Source of the DNA: Podarcis pityusensis
Lineage: Eukaryota
Length of the DNA stretch: 64,000 nt
Reading direction: 5' to 3' (one strand)
Assembly (NCBI GenBank): GCA_964106645.2
Contig: OZ067044.1
Shown here: positions 61,796-64,000 of the stretch, piece by piece
Numbering within the stretch: position 1 is the stretch's first letter
Layout of the letters: each line of letters begins with the position of its first letter
Translations under genes and position numbers: made by a program
The notes under the pieces: model-generated
Seen by the model: only the letters and a program-made list of their open reading frames with translations
The model's database searches: none
What the model was told of the DNA's origin: nothing

Positions 61796-62625
61796 GTCAC
61801 ATTTTTAATAGCAAAACAATGTAATATTCTGTCTTTTGATACAGACTATTTTTGCTAGGTTAGGTAACTAAGTTTAAAACCCTGCCACACAATTTAGCAT
61901 GATGCTTGAGACAGCATATTTGAATATATATATATCACTACATTAAATAAATGAGTAATGAATGCTTTAGATAATACAAAAATGGGAACTTCCATTACTC
62001 AGAAGCATAGATGATTTGTCATCACCGTAAATTCACTGTAACAAACAGATTATTTCTGACCCAAATTGCCAACAGTATTTCCCTCTGTAAATCGTTTCCC
62101 AAGCTGGAGAAGAAGCTGTGCTAAGGCTTTGTAAAGAAACAAGTCCTTAATTTTAGGGGTAATGTTTAACAACATTTAAAATCCCCCACTCATCTCAAAA
62201 ATTGTCTACAAAATTTATTTCTAAAAATCATTATTTGCATTCATCTTACTAGGGGCTACACCCCTGCTTGCTCCACTTGCCAACACCCCTGACCTCCCCC
62301 CATTAACCCTCTACAGCTTCCCTTTCCCACTCTATGTAACTACTAAGCTCACTATTCATCTTCCCATTCCATTTCTGAAGCCTCTGTCCTGTTCTGCAAC
62401 CCTGCCTTGCAGGTTTTTTCACATTCACCCCTATGTCTATTCCTCTTCCTCCTCCTTTTGTGTAACCTTGCACAAACGAACACCAGGGTAATCTCCTGCA
62501 CCTTCCTCCTCCCACACCTTATAACTGCTAAGCACCTTTTTCACCTTCATCCCCTTTTCTTCTCCCTCCCCCCCGTCTTCTTCTCAGCTCTCTCTTCCAC
62601 ACAGATAATCCCCATTTTCATGCCT

Positions 62626-62852
62626 TAAAGGTAAAGGTAAAGGGACCCCTGACCATTAGGTGCAGTCGTGGATGACTCTGGGGTTGCGGTGCTCATCTCG
62701 CTCTATAGGCCAAGGGAGCCAGCGTACAGCTTCCGGTCATGTGGCCAGCATGACTAAGCCATTTCCCTTCCCGATGGAGCAGTACCTATTTATCTACTTG
62801 CACTTTGGCGTGCTTTCGCACTGCTAGGTTGGCAGGAGCAGGGGCTGAGCAA
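62626..62852 (-). mobile_element. Sauria SINE (Squam1), 5'-truncated with an internal deletion
   Basis: (ACCTTT)n tail seen as taaaggtaaaggtaaagggacccctgaccattagg, followed by ...catgtggccagcatgactaagcc...gtacctatttatctacttgcact...ctgctaggttggcaggagc. Confidence 0.9.
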
Positions 62853-62954
62853 TCATCTCTTAAATTCTGCATCTCCCTTTGTACACCATTATCACCTTTC
62901 ATCCCCATTCCTACCACCTTATTTCTCCTTTTCAACTTTCCCTTGCATACAGGC

Positions 62955-62978
62955 CACACACACACACACACACACACA
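62955..62978 (+). repeat. (CA)n microsatellite
   Basis: Directly visible. Confidence 0.95.
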
Positions 62979-64000
62979 CCCATTTCTATCCCTCCTGCTC
63001 TCTCCTTTTCAGCAGCCCTCTTTGTGCTAACATGCTATGATGGTGTATGTTACTGTATCTTTAAAATGACAGAATCTTAAGAACATGACTGTCAAGTGAG
63101 CTTGTTCAGTTAGAGAAGGTTAAGTTCAGTTGATGGGTGTTGTACATATATGTGTGTTTGGGGGTTTTTTTGTTAATAAATTATCTCTTCTAAATTGCTA
63201 CTTTGAATCTGGAACAAAGAGAGGTGAAATACATTGTGTGAAGGTTGTTATAGGATATTTGATGGCTCTGCATCCTTTATCTCTCACACATGGAAGGAGA
63301 AGCTTGTGTACAATGAGAAGAGACAAACAGTGAAAGAGAAAATATGCATCTTTTAAACAATGGAAGAAGTTTGAGTAAAGCAAGGGTAGAGAGACCCTGA
63401 GAAGAAAATTTCAGTTTAAAACAATAGCAGAGGTTTGAGTAAAGCAGGGATGGAGAACACTGAGGGTTTTTTGTTTTATTTTTAAAAAACAGCTTTAACA
63501 AGGAGAAATGGAGAATAGGTATAACACAGAAGCTAACACAATAGAGCCTTTCCCACCTCCCTTCTCGCTGTACTTAAATCTTGTTTTAAACTGCTACTTT
63601 CCCCTCTCAATATCACCCTCTAATTGCTCTTCTCAAATTTCTGCCGTTGTTTAAAATAGCCACTTTCCCCCTCTCATTATTTCTCCATTCTTGCTTTACT
63701 CATATGTCTGCTATTGTCTAAAATACACACCTTTCTTCCCTTTCATTGTTTCTCCCTTATCTCTGTACTCTAATTTCTCCTTCTTCCATTCCTCAGCTGC
63801 CTCTGTGAGAGAGATAAAGGACAGGGAGCACTCAAATATTCCATAGTACCTTCACATTTCGGTCCTGGTATTTCACTCCTGGTATCATGGAGTAGAAAAA
63901 AACACTCTAATCTCATATATCAGTAACTCCCCATGAATGTTCTTTGGCAGCTAATGGCAGCCAATATGTTGTTTATTATTAAGGAAAAAAGCAAATGTTA

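Noticed and set aside
1-64000. A novel multi-gene or prokaryote-type system
   Set aside because: Only one host gene is present; all other coding-like signal is explained by transposon relics or chance short ORFs

Overview
Vertebrate genomic DNA. The repeat families (Sauria SINE, Squam3-type SINE, RTE-BovB, lizard-type L2) point to a squamate reptile, probably a lacertid lizard. The window holds the 5' ~85% of a single + strand gene, KLHL14 (BTB-BACK-Kelch). It has a probable non-coding first exon ending at 8724, a CpG island (~8.7-11.5 kb), and six coding exons (10461-11437, 28907-29028, 48738-48827, 53407-53485, 61344-61534, 61637-61795) that splice in frame to ~539 codons; the last exons lie beyond the window. 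The rest is intergenic or intronic DNA rich in transposon relics (hAT, Tigger/pogo and Harbinger-like MITEs, BovB, L2, CR1, Penelope, several SINEs) and microsatellites. I found no convincing new multi-gene system. The best leads are: a GC-AG intron; N-tracts that preserve exact coding length and imply a hidden ~20-residue, probably His-rich insertion in the BTB domain; a candidate internal promoter for a Kelch-only isoform; matched (GGC)8/(GCC)8 inverted tracts; and several unusual transposon architectures. Comparisons with human KLHL14 and with repeat consensus sequences are from memory and need confirming by alignment.
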